DNA from: Candidatus Actinomarina sp.
GTDB lineage: Bacteria > Actinomycetota > Acidimicrobiia > Actinomarinales > Actinomarinaceae
NCBI GenBank assembly: GCA_045563135.1
Contig: JBJKUL010000001.1
Span: 598,650 to 662,649, forward strand
Direction of reading: 5' to 3'
Length of the DNA: 64,000 nucleotides
The position numbers were made by a program, and so were the translations under genes. This document shows, in pieces, positions 53,866 to 62,466 of this stretch (positions are counted from its first letter, which is position 1; the number at the start of each line of letters is the position of its first letter). The notes under the pieces were generated by a model that made no database searches, was not told the origin of the DNA, and saw only the letters and a program-made list of their open reading frames with translations.

Positions 53866-54902
53866 TTTATTTCTTTGATAAATTCTAATGTTGGAATATC
53901 AATTGGAAGTGAGAGTGATAACTCTGTTACCTTAGAATCTTTCCAATAATTTAATTTTTCTTCAATGTCTTTTTTAGTACCAACAAGGGTTAAATCTCTA
54001 AGTAAATCATCAGGAAATAGGTCCTCAGCTTCTTGTTTCTTCCCACTTAAATATAAATTCTGGATTTCAGTAGCAATTTCCTCATATCCATACTCACACA
54101 TAAGATTGAAATAGAAATTTTTATCTTTAGCACCCATACCTCCAACATATAAAGTATATGTTGTTCTTGCTGGCTTCAAGTATTCATCAACTTCATGTTC
54201 TTCGCATAGTCTTGCAAAAACTGTGGCAACGATATTAAATTCTTTATCTTTGTTGGGTACTCCTGATTTTTCAAATCCTTTTTTAAGATAGTCTTTAAAA
54301 ACCATATCTCCTTTTGTTGGCGAATACATGAATGGCAACCAACCATCAGCAACTTCAGCAGATAACTCGATATTTTTTGGCCCAATAGCTGCAAGATAAA
54401 TAGGAATATTATTTCTTAGTGGTGGCTCAATTAGTTTAAGTGGCTTGCCAAGATTTAAGGAATCGGGACCATTGTAAGGAAGGTTATAAAATTCTCCATC
54501 AAAAACTACCTTGTTTTCTCTTTGAAATATTTCTCTAATTATCTTTATATACTCTCTTGTTCTAGATAGTGGTTTTGAATATGGTTGCCCATGCCATCCC
54601 TCTACAACTTGCGGACCAGATACTCCCAGTCCAAGTCTAAATCTCCCATTAGAAAGCTTATCCAGGGTTATAGCGGTCATTGCAGTCATAGCAGGGGTTC
54701 TTCCTGGTATCTGCATAATTCCTGAACCGATATTTATATTTTTAGTGATTGCAGAGAAATAAGATAGTGGTGTAACAGCATCATAACCATAAGCCTCAGC
54801 AGTCCATATACATGAAAACCCTAAATCATCTAATTTACTGATAAGTTCGTGATCATCCGAAATATGGGGACCAAAATATCCAACGTTTATGCTTAAATCC
54901 AT
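53862..54902 (-). CDS. LLM class flavin/F420-dependent oxidoreductase
   Basis: It has a luciferase-like TIM barrel (FSCIWTAEAYGYDA, RFRLGLGVSGPQVVEGWHG). Its stop overlaps the radical SAM start. Confidence 0.8.
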   Translation of the reverse strand: MDLSINVGYFGPHISDDHELISKLDDLGFSCIWTAEAYGYDAVTPLSYFSAITKNINIGSGIMQIPGRTPAMTAMTAITLDKLSNGRFRLGLGVSGPQVVEGWHGQPYSKPLSRTREYIKIIREIFQRENKVVFDGEFYNLPYNGPDSLNLGKPLKLIEPPLRNNIPIYLAAIGPKNIELSAEVADGWLPFMYSPTKGDMVFKDYLKKGFEKSGVPNKDKEFNIVATVFARLCEEHEVDEYLKPARTTYTLYVGGMGAKDKNFYFNLMCEYGYEEIATEIQNLYLSGKKQEAEDLFPDDLLRDLTLVGTKKDIEEKLNYWKDSKVTELSLSLPIDIPTLEFIKEIN

Positions 54903-54914
54903 GTAATAAGAATA

Positions 54915-55427
54915 CTATATTGCTGATTTGTAATAATTTTTATCAGTGAAAACATAGTCCATAGCAACATCATGTTCTTCAACTGGTAACTGTTCGACTA
55001 TTTGAAAATCATGGCAAATTCCAATTTTTATTACTCCAGAATTTCTTTGGAGTAAATTATCATAGTGGCCACCACCACGACCTAATCTGTCTCCAACTTC
55101 TGTAAATCCAACCCCAGGAACAATAAATACTTCTGTTTCATAATTCAATCTTGGGATTTCTGGTTCTAATACACCATACTTGTTTTTTATAAATGGTTCA
55201 TCGTATCGACATATTTGTAAAGATTCTCCATCCATAAACGTTGTATTTAGAAATTCTGCACCTGTTAAAGCTGGCAATATATCGATTTCAGAATCTATAG
55301 GGATATAAGTACAGACTATCTTTCCAATTATTAGTTCTTTTAATTTAGTAACAACATCGTCCGTAAGTTTAACGTTACTTAAGTCATGATCTAGAAGGTT
55401 ACGTCTTATTATATTTTTCTGCTTCAT
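54915..55427 (-). CDS. 5-formyltetrahydrofolate cyclo-ligase
   Basis: The motifs GVGFTEVGDRLGRGGGHYD and the upstream PIDSEID are typical of MTHFS. Confidence 0.8.
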   Translation of the reverse strand: MKQKNIIRRNLLDHDLSNVKLTDDVVTKLKELIIGKIVCTYIPIDSEIDILPALTGAEFLNTTFMDGESLQICRYDEPFIKNKYGVLEPEIPRLNYETEVFIVPGVGFTEVGDRLGRGGGHYDNLLQRNSGVIKIGICHDFQIVEQLPVEEHDVAMDYVFTDKNYYKSAI

Positions 55428-55466
55428 GGTTTCTTTTCTATTGATATTTAATATAGTATTAGTTAC

Positions 55467-56198
55467 ATGCTCAAAAATAAAATTTTAAGTTGGATGAACA
55501 TGTTTTTAATGGCTGTTTACACCATTCCTGTTGCCTACAGCATCTGGTTTATTGGGATTTTTGCGAAATATACAAAAGTCAAATACTATATTGCAAAGTC
55601 ATGGTGTAGTCCATGGATGTGGGCAGCAAGAGCTAAACTAGACATAGTTAAAACCACCGACTACAAAACAAATCAACCTTATGTAGTGATCTCTAATCAT
55701 CTTTCGAACCTTGATCCAATGATGCAATTTAAATATTTAAAAATTAAATGGGTGTTTATGGCAAAAAAAGAAGTCTACAAACTACCCTTTTTTGGAACTG
55801 CTGCAAAAGCATTTAATTTTATCAAAGTAGATCGAAACAATCCTAATGATAGAGTTTCAATAAATGAGCAAGCAAAAATAATATTTGAGAAGGGATGGTC
55901 ATTAATGGTCTATCCACAGGGAACTCGTGTACCTAAAGATGATTTTAGAAAATTTAAAAGTGGTGCATTTCATATCGCCTTTGATAACAATATTCCAATT
56001 CTTCCTGTAGTTATTGCAGGTACTGGTGATATATGGCCAAGAGGAAGCAAGTTCATGCAAAGTGGGAAAGCTATGATTAAAACACTAGAGCCAATAGATA
56101 TTTCAAATTACAATAAAGAAAATATTGAACAACTTGTCACAGACACTCATAAGAAAATGAAAAAAGTATACGATGAAATGGTAAAAGCAATACAATAA
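55467..56198 (+). CDS. plsC: 1-acyl-sn-glycerol-3-phosphate acyltransferase
   Basis: It has the acyltransferase motifs SNHLSNLDP (HX4D), FIKVDR and YPQGTR. Confidence 0.8.
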   Translation: MLKNKILSWMNMFLMAVYTIPVAYSIWFIGIFAKYTKVKYYIAKSWCSPWMWAARAKLDIVKTTDYKTNQPYVVISNHLSNLDPMMQFKYLKIKWVFMAKKEVYKLPFFGTAAKAFNFIKVDRNNPNDRVSINEQAKIIFEKGWSLMVYPQGTRVPKDDFRKFKSGAFHIAFDNNIPILPVVIAGTGDIWPRGSKFMQSGKAMIKTLEPIDISNYNKENIEQLVTDTHKKMKKVYDEMVKAIQ

Positions 56199-56202
56199 CA
56201 GC

Positions 56203-56718
56203 ATGGACATATTTTTAGCTGTTGCATATATCTTTTTATTACGCCTCTTAGATCAAACTCTTGGCACTTTAAGAATGCTATATGTTAATAAAGGAAAGCC
56301 AACATTCGGTGCAGCCCTTGGATTTATTGAATCAGCCATTTGGGTAGTTGCTATATCGCAAGTTATCAAAGATTTGGATGATCCCTTTTTAGTAGTTGGC
56401 TATGCTTTAGGGTTTGCATCTGGAACAATTGTTGGATCCTATATTGAATCATCAATAGCAATTGGAGATGTTGTCATCAGGATATTCTCGCCAAAGGACG
56501 ATGATAGTCAACTTGTTGCCCAAAAGCTTCGCTCAGAAGGGTTTGGAGTCACAATAATAAGTGGAGAAGGCAGGGATGGTGAAGTCAGTATTGCTTGGTG
56601 TGTAGCACCTAGAAAAAAAGCAAAACAAGTTTTAAATATTGTTTCAGAAATTAATCCAGATGCTTATGTAACAACTGAGTCAACCAGTCCTATTAATTTA
56701 ACTGCAAATAGAAAGTAG
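56203..56718 (+). CDS. DUF2179/DUF5698-type small membrane protein
   Basis: It has N-terminal TM helices and a C-terminal DUF2179-like soluble domain (GFGVTIISGEGRDG). The assignment is from memory. Confidence 0.55.
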   Translation: MDIFLAVAYIFLLRLLDQTLGTLRMLYVNKGKPTFGAALGFIESAIWVVAISQVIKDLDDPFLVVGYALGFASGTIVGSYIESSIAIGDVVIRIFSPKDDDSQLVAQKLRSEGFGVTIISGEGRDGEVSIAWCVAPRKKAKQVLNIVSEINPDAYVTTESTSPINLTANRK

Positions 56719-59040
56719 TTAGATTCCTTTTTCGAAGTCGTCTTCGAATGAAACCCTTTTCCTCTTTGGAGAATCATTATTTGGCTTGTCTCCCCTAGGC
56801 TTATCACTTCTATTTCTATTGTTTGGGCGATCATTTCTTCTTTTATTGTCAGAACGGTTAGAGTTCTTTTTCGAACCACCCTTATCAACAGATTCTTCAG
56901 GTATCTCAAGGTCTTCTAATAGAGATAAGCTGATTTTTCCATTTTCGATAGAATCTACGTGTACTTTAATCTTGTCACCTGCTGAAAGGATATTTTCAGG
57001 ATTTGATACTCGTTTTTCTGAATGGAATTTAGAAATATGTAATAGACCATCTCTACCTGGCAGAATATTGATAAAAGCTCCATAAGTAGCAATACTTACA
57101 ACTTCTCCATCGTAATCTGTATCTACTTCTACCTCAGGTGGATCAATGATTAGCATTACCATTTCTTTGGCAGCTTCTAATCCTTCTTCTTCAGTAGATC
57201 CAAGAGTTAAGATTCCATCATCATCAATTTCAACACTGACTCCAGTTTCTTCTTCTATCTTTCTGATATTTTTACCTTTTGGTCCAATCACTTCACCAAT
57301 TTTATCTTTAGGTAATTCAACAGTTTCTAATCTTGGAGCATTACCTGATAATTTTTCTGCAGGTTCGGAAATGGTATCTTCCATAACATCCAAAATGTGA
57401 TGTCTTGCATCCATTGCTTGATTTAATGCTTTTCTGAGCACATCTGAAGGCAAACCTTCGATTTTCATATCAAGCTGTAAAGCAGTAATCACTCCACGAG
57501 TACCTGCAACTTTAAAGTCCATATCTCCCAAAGCATCTTCTGCACCTAATATGTCTGTAAGCGTCACATAGTTGCTATCTTTTGATATAAGACCCATAGC
57601 AATTCCTGCAACATGCTCTCTTATAGGAACTCCAGCAGCCATTAAAGAAAGGCTGGAAGCACATACAGAAGCCTGTGAGGTTGAACCATTAGAGGAAATA
57701 GCCTCACTTACTACGCGTATTGTGTAAGGAAAATCAACTTTCCCAGGTATTACTGGAACCATTGCTTTTTCTGCTAAAGCTCCATGTCCAATTTCTCTTC
57801 TTTTTGGACCTCTCATCATATAGGCTTCACCAGTAGAATAAGGTGGAAAGTTGTAATGATGCATATATCTTTTTGAAGTAACGGTATCAATCGTATCAAG
57901 CATTTGTTCAAGTCTTGACATTCCTAATGTTGTTACATTCAATACTTGTGTTTCACCACGTAAAAATAGTGATGATCCATGAACCATTGGTAAAAGATTT
58001 ATCTCTGCTGAAATATTTCTAATATCTGTTGGTGTTCTTCCATCCAATCTAGGACCACCAGCTACTACTCTATCTCTTACAACAGATTTAACGAGTGACT
58101 TAAATGCTAATTTAATAGCTTTTGTATTGTCCTCTTCATCATTTGTAAACTCTTCAACAGCTTGGTCTTGGAGTTCTGATTGTTTTTCACTTCTTTCTGA
58201 TCTATCAGTGATAGCCATTACTTCTTCAACTTTTGTTTTATAAGAACCATCAATGCTTGCCTTTAGCTCAGCTGAATAATCTTCAACTAGAGGCCATTCA
58301 ACAACAGGAACTTGATTCATTCCAACAAGTTCTTTTTGTGCGTTGATTAATGTTGCTATATATTCTTTAGATAGATCAATACCGTCAGCGACAATATTTT
58401 CAGATGGAGCAACACTTCCAGCATCTATTTTTTCAAAAGCATCATCTGTAGCGCCTGCTTCAACCATGACAATATCTATTTCGTTACTGTCATTCAATTT
58501 ACCAGCAACAACCATATCAAATATTGAATTTTCCTGTTCTGAGTTTGTAGCTTGGACAACCCAGTTATCCTCAATAAGAGACATTCTTACTGCTCCAACA
58601 GGAGACTCCAAAGGAACTCCAGCTAGTTGTAAGCCAAGAGAAGCAGCATTTAGTGACAAGATGTCATACTCATTCTCATTATCAACACTAAGAACGGTAG
58701 CAATGATTTGTGTTTCACATCTGAAACCCTCTGCAAAAGAAGGTCTTAATGGTCTATCAATTAACCTACAAGCTAAAATAGCTTTTTCGGTTTGTCTTCC
58801 TTCTCTTCTGAAGAAACCACCAGGGATTTTTCCTGCAGCGTACATTCTTTCTTCGACGTCAACAGTTAATGGAAAGAAATCAATTCCATCTCGTACACTT
58901 TTGTTAGCAACAGTTGTTACTAAAACATTTGTGTCTCCTGAACTAGCTACTACAGCACCAGGTGCTTGTAATGCAAGTTTTCCTGTTTCGAATTTTATTG
59001 TTTTACCACCAATTTCGCAGGTGACATTAGTTACGGACAT
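56719..59040 (-). CDS. pnp: Polyribonucleotide nucleotidyltransferase (PNPase) with a 62-aa basic low-complexity C-terminal tail
   Basis: It has two RNase PH domains, KH and S1 domains (GEVVSIATYGAFINI). The tail is ...GGSKKNSNRSDNKRRNDRPNNRNRSDKPRGDKPNNDSPKRKRVSFEDDFEKGI. Confidence 0.95.
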   Translation of the reverse strand: MSVTNVTCEIGGKTIKFETGKLALQAPGAVVASSGDTNVLVTTVANKSVRDGIDFFPLTVDVEERMYAAGKIPGGFFRREGRQTEKAILACRLIDRPLRPSFAEGFRCETQIIATVLSVDNENEYDILSLNAASLGLQLAGVPLESPVGAVRMSLIEDNWVVQATNSEQENSIFDMVVAGKLNDSNEIDIVMVEAGATDDAFEKIDAGSVAPSENIVADGIDLSKEYIATLINAQKELVGMNQVPVVEWPLVEDYSAELKASIDGSYKTKVEEVMAITDRSERSEKQSELQDQAVEEFTNDEEDNTKAIKLAFKSLVKSVVRDRVVAGGPRLDGRTPTDIRNISAEINLLPMVHGSSLFLRGETQVLNVTTLGMSRLEQMLDTIDTVTSKRYMHHYNFPPYSTGEAYMMRGPKRREIGHGALAEKAMVPVIPGKVDFPYTIRVVSEAISSNGSTSQASVCASSLSLMAAGVPIREHVAGIAMGLISKDSNYVTLTDILGAEDALGDMDFKVAGTRGVITALQLDMKIEGLPSDVLRKALNQAMDARHHILDVMEDTISEPAEKLSGNAPRLETVELPKDKIGEVIGPKGKNIRKIEEETGVSVEIDDDGILTLGSTEEEGLEAAKEMVMLIIDPPEVEVDTDYDGEVVSIATYGAFINILPGRDGLLHISKFHSEKRVSNPENILSAGDKIKVHVDSIENGKISLSLLEDLEIPEESVDKGGSKKNSNRSDNKRRNDRPNNRNRSDKPRGDKPNNDSPKRKRVSFEDDFEKGI

Positions 59041-59055
59041 ATATCCTCTTTTCTA

Positions 59056-59112
59056 GACGAGGTTATTAATTGTCAGCCTTCTTTAAAAGCTCCCAATTAA
59101 CAACTCTTCGTC
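59056..59112 (-). promoter_or_regulatory. Long hairpin in the rpsO-pnp intergenic leader (RNase III-type autoregulatory element, Actino-pnp-like)
   Basis: In the minus-strand RNA, GACGA-AG-AGUUGUUAAUUG ... CAAUUAAUAACC-UCGUC forms about 16-17 bp with one G-U pair. It lies between the rpsO stop and the pnp SD. Confidence 0.55.
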
Positions 59113-59127
59113 TGTTGTTTTATTTTT

Positions 59128-59385
59128 TTATCTTCTAATACCTAATTTTTCAATCAAAGAACGGTATCTTGTAACATCTTGATTTTGAAGATATTGAAGG
59201 AGCCTTTTTCTTTTACCGACAAGCATAAGAAGACCTCTTCTTGTGTGATGGTCTTTCTTGTGTTCCTTCAGGTGATCAGTCAAGTGACTAATCCTCTCAC
59301 TTAATAAAGCAATCTGTACCTCAGTCGATCCTGTATCAGTAGCAGATTTACCGTATTCTTTAATTATATTTTCTTTAGTATTCAT
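59128..59385 (-). CDS. rpsO: 30S ribosomal protein S15
   Basis: It is 85 aa with [35 protein letters not shown]. Confidence 0.95.
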   Translation of the reverse strand: MNTKENIIKEYGKSATDTGSTEVQIALLSERISHLTDHLKEHKKDHHTRRGLLMLVGKRKRLLQYLQNQDVTRYRSLIEKLGIRR

Positions 59386-59424
59386 TCGAGATAATAATAG
59401 TACCCAGTAAATCTAATGTTGTAA

Positions 59425-60324
59425 TTAAAAGTTATTCTTTATTTTCTCAATATCCTGTGATATTTGGAGTTTTAAAGCTTCAACTGACTCAAATTTTGCT
59501 TCATCTCTAATAAAATCAAGCAATTCAAAAGATATTTTCTGATCATATATGTCTTTATTGAAATTTAAAATATGGATTTCGATTTTAATGGAATTATCTG
59601 ACTCTACTGTTGGATTAAGCCCAATATTTAAGCAACCAAGATAAGATTCGTTATCACAGTTTACATTTACCGCATAAACTCCAAATCTTGGTAGTTGTAC
59701 ATTTTCGGCAAGTTTCACATTGGCAGTAGGTACACCTATAGTTGAACCGAGTTTCTTCCCTTGTATTACAATACCCTTGTAAGAAATTTTACGTCCTAAG
59801 TAGTCTTGGGCACTTTTAACATCCCCTCGAGAATAAAAAAGTCGAATTTTAGTTGTAGAAACTTTTTCAGAATTAATTAAAAAGTCATCAAGAAGTATGA
59901 CATTCTCTTCACCAAAGAAGTCCATTAATGTATTAACATCTCCAACTCTTTTATTTCCAAATCTAAAATCTTTACCTATTACAAGTTTTTTAGTTTTTAA
60001 ATTATCTTTTAACAAAATACAAAAATCTTCAGCACTCATGCTATTTACTGAGTCAAAATCTAAAAATACAATATTTTTTGGATTTAACTTTTCGAATATT
60101 TCAGTTCGTTGGTTTTGATCTAAAAGAGGATCTAAAGATTTATTAAAATATATCTTTGGAATTTGATTAAAAGTGACAATTTGGAATGTTCCTTTTGATT
60201 CAATAAATGCTTTTTCAAAAAGAGCCTGATGTCCAAGGTGTATACCGTCAAACCCTCCTATTGAGGTGACAATTGGTTCAGTTTCAATACTGTCATCTGG
60301 TTTAAAATTACTATAGACTTTCAT
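59425..60324 (-). CDS. ribF: Bifunctional riboflavin kinase / FMN adenylyltransferase
   Basis: It has IGGFDGIHLGHQALF and the kinase domain GIVIQGKKLGSTIGVPTAN. Confidence 0.9.
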   Translation of the reverse strand: MKVYSNFKPDDSIETEPIVTSIGGFDGIHLGHQALFEKAFIESKGTFQIVTFNQIPKIYFNKSLDPLLDQNQRTEIFEKLNPKNIVFLDFDSVNSMSAEDFCILLKDNLKTKKLVIGKDFRFGNKRVGDVNTLMDFFGEENVILLDDFLINSEKVSTTKIRLFYSRGDVKSAQDYLGRKISYKGIVIQGKKLGSTIGVPTANVKLAENVQLPRFGVYAVNVNCDNESYLGCLNIGLNPTVESDNSIKIEIHILNFNKDIYDQKISFELLDFIRDEAKFESVEALKLQISQDIEKIKNNF

Positions 60325-61202
60325 ATGAGTACCTTTTCTGGTTTGAAATAATTTTCATTAAAAGGTGTGTATAAAGCTGCTATTTGTTTGTTGTACTCCA
60401 TAATGGTGAGATTCTTTTCCTCAAATAAATTATTATCTAACAACTCTCCGTGTAAAACTTTTTCACTAGTTGTTGAATCTATTTTAACAATTGGCAAATC
60501 TAAAATACTACTCCAATGAATACACTCAGGTTCTTTATCCTTTTGTAATGCATTTATGTCTGAAATGTATTTTGGGTTATCAATACTTAAGTTTCCAATA
60601 TTTGTTCTTAAAATTTCAGAAACAACAGCTGTAGTGTTAAGTTTCTTTGCGAGATCTAAGATTAAAGATCTTATGTAAGTACCTTTACTTACGGTAATTG
60701 AAAAATCTGCTTTATTGCCTTCATGACTTAATAAGGAAAATTCAGAAATAGTAACCTCTCTTTCAGGGATCTCAACTTCTTTGCCCTGTCTTGCATATTT
60801 GTATAATCGTTTACCATCAACTTTTACAGCAGAATATAAAGGTGGTTTTTGCATAGAAGTTCCTAGAAATGATGTTAAATATTTTTCCAGTAAAGAAACT
60901 TTATCATTTAGATCAATAGCTTCATTTTGTATCACTTGAGTATCTGTATCTAGAGAATCTGAAGAATAACCAAATAAAGCAGTCACTTTGTAAGTTTTAT
61001 CTGTTTCATTTGTATAGTTAAATAGTTTTGTATATTTATCAGTTGCAACCAGCATCAACCCTTCTGCATTAGGATCTAAAGTTCCCGCATGTCCAACTTT
61101 ATTGAATCTATATAGATACTTGAATTTAGAACATAAATCTTGTGAGGTCCAAGTTTTTGGTTTGTTAATTAGATAAAAATTAGATCTGTTTTCTGATTTC
61201 AT
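60321..61202 (-). CDS. truB: tRNA pseudouridine(55) synthase
   Basis: It has the catalytic-Asp motif KVGHAGTLDP, PPLYSAVKVDGKRLY, and GTYIRSL. Confidence 0.9.
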   Translation of the reverse strand: MKSENRSNFYLINKPKTWTSQDLCSKFKYLYRFNKVGHAGTLDPNAEGLMLVATDKYTKLFNYTNETDKTYKVTALFGYSSDSLDTDTQVIQNEAIDLNDKVSLLEKYLTSFLGTSMQKPPLYSAVKVDGKRLYKYARQGKEVEIPEREVTISEFSLLSHEGNKADFSITVSKGTYIRSLILDLAKKLNTTAVVSEILRTNIGNLSIDNPKYISDINALQKDKEPECIHWSSILDLPIVKIDSTTSEKVLHGELLDNNLFEEKNLTIMEYNKQIAALYTPFNENYFKPEKVLI

Positions 61203-62124
61203 TTTTTATATTGAAAATAATTTCGTCAATTGCTAATTCAGATGAAAAACCACTTGCTGCTTTGTGACCGCCGCCATCAAAAAATGAAGCTAACTTTTGC
61301 ACATCAAAATCAGTTCTAGATCTTAAGCTGCCTTTGAACGAACCATCTGTTTGTTCTTTTAACAAGAGAGCAATTCTTGATTCTTTAGCTAGCCTTACAA
61401 CATCTATAAGAAAGTCTGTTTCTGCAGGAGTTGTAGTATATTTTTTGTAATCATCTTGATAAACAACTGAGTAGATAAATCTAAGCTCATTGTCTAACTC
61501 CAAACGATCAATGACCTTACTCTGTAATTTAAGTGCATTTAACTCAATTGATCCGTAGATATTTTCACTAATAGTGCTTAATTCAGATCCTTTAGTCATT
61601 AAATCAGCAGCTATAGAAAATACTTCCGAATCAGTATTTGAGTACTGAAATCTGCCTGTATCGGTAATTAATCCTGTCATTAAACAATCAGCAATTTCTT
61701 TGGTTATATGAATATTCTCCTCCATAAAAACTCTATAAAGCACTTGGGTCGTACTTGCTGCCTTAGGGTCTATTATCTGAAGATCTCCAAAAGTAGGATC
61801 TATATGGTGGTCAACAACCACAATTTTGTCAGAATTAAGAACTATAGATTCTAAACTACCAAGTCTTGAAGAGTTGCCACAATCGAACACAAAAACAGTT
61901 TTATAAGAATCTTCCGTAGGTATACCAATTAAATCGTACGGAAGATGATTAAGATTTGATGGTAGTTCACCTGTTACATCGAAAGCGACAGTTGATTCTA
62001 TATCCAAAGAATCTAGGAGTATCTTAAGAGCTAATGCTGAACCTATAGCGTCACCATCTGGATTAACGTGACCGGTAATCAAGATTGGGGTATCTTTAAA
62101 GTTTTCTTTAAAATTATTTTTCAT
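61180..62124 (-). CDS. nrnA: DHH/DHHA1 family oligoribonuclease / pAp phosphatase NrnA
   Basis: Motifs are HVNPDGDAIGS, DHH and GGGHKAASG. Its position between rbfA and truB matches other actinobacteria. Confidence 0.8.
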   Translation of the reverse strand: MKNNFKENFKDTPILITGHVNPDGDAIGSALALKILLDSLDIESTVAFDVTGELPSNLNHLPYDLIGIPTEDSYKTVFVFDCGNSSRLGSLESIVLNSDKIVVVDHHIDPTFGDLQIIDPKAASTTQVLYRVFMEENIHITKEIADCLMTGLITDTGRFQYSNTDSEVFSIAADLMTKGSELSTISENIYGSIELNALKLQSKVIDRLELDNELRFIYSVVYQDDYKKYTTTPAETDFLIDVVRLAKESRIALLLKEQTDGSFKGSLRSRTDFDVQKLASFFDGGGHKAASGFSSELAIDEIIFNIKNEIRKQI

Positions 62125-62464
62125 TAGCTTTGTATATTAATTCATTAAGTTTGTCAGCGTTTTCAAAACTTGTATCAATTTCAAATTGGATTTTGGGGAT
62201 AAATTTAGTTGTTAGTTGTCTTCCTAACTCTTTTTGTATCTTGACTCTATTTTTATCAAGAGCATTAGAAAGAGTCCCTTTCGCATTTTCCAATGAGGAG
62301 ACATATATTGTACAACGCTTCAAATCAGGTGAAGTAGCGACATGGGTGACAGTTGCTTTGTTTAAATTTGGATTAGAACTTCTAAGTAATTCTTGTGAAA
62401 TAATTTGATGAATTTGTGGATTTATTCTGTTAATTCGCCCACCCCTCGTTTGCTTTTTCATCAT
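62114..62464 (-). CDS. rbfA: Ribosome-binding factor A
   Basis: It is 116 aa with the RbfA pattern (VTHVATSPDLKRCTIYVS) and lies immediately downstream of infB. Confidence 0.9.
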   Translation of the reverse strand: MMKKQTRGGRINRINPQIHQIISQELLRSSNPNLNKATVTHVATSPDLKRCTIYVSSLENAKGTLSNALDKNRVKIQKELGRQLTTKFIPKIQFEIDTSFENADKLNELIYKANEK

Positions 62465-62466
62465 TA

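Noticed and set aside
58343-59056. A 237-aa open reading frame lies antisense to pnp. This is strikingly long for an AT-rich genome.
   Set aside because: It lies entirely inside the highly conserved PNPase gene. Its product is Ser/Thr/Ala/Pro-rich low-complexity sequence with no recognisable motif. This is the typical shadow frame of a strongly codon-biased gene. The same applies to 56786-57085, 57146-57400, 63440-63790 and 30119-30439.
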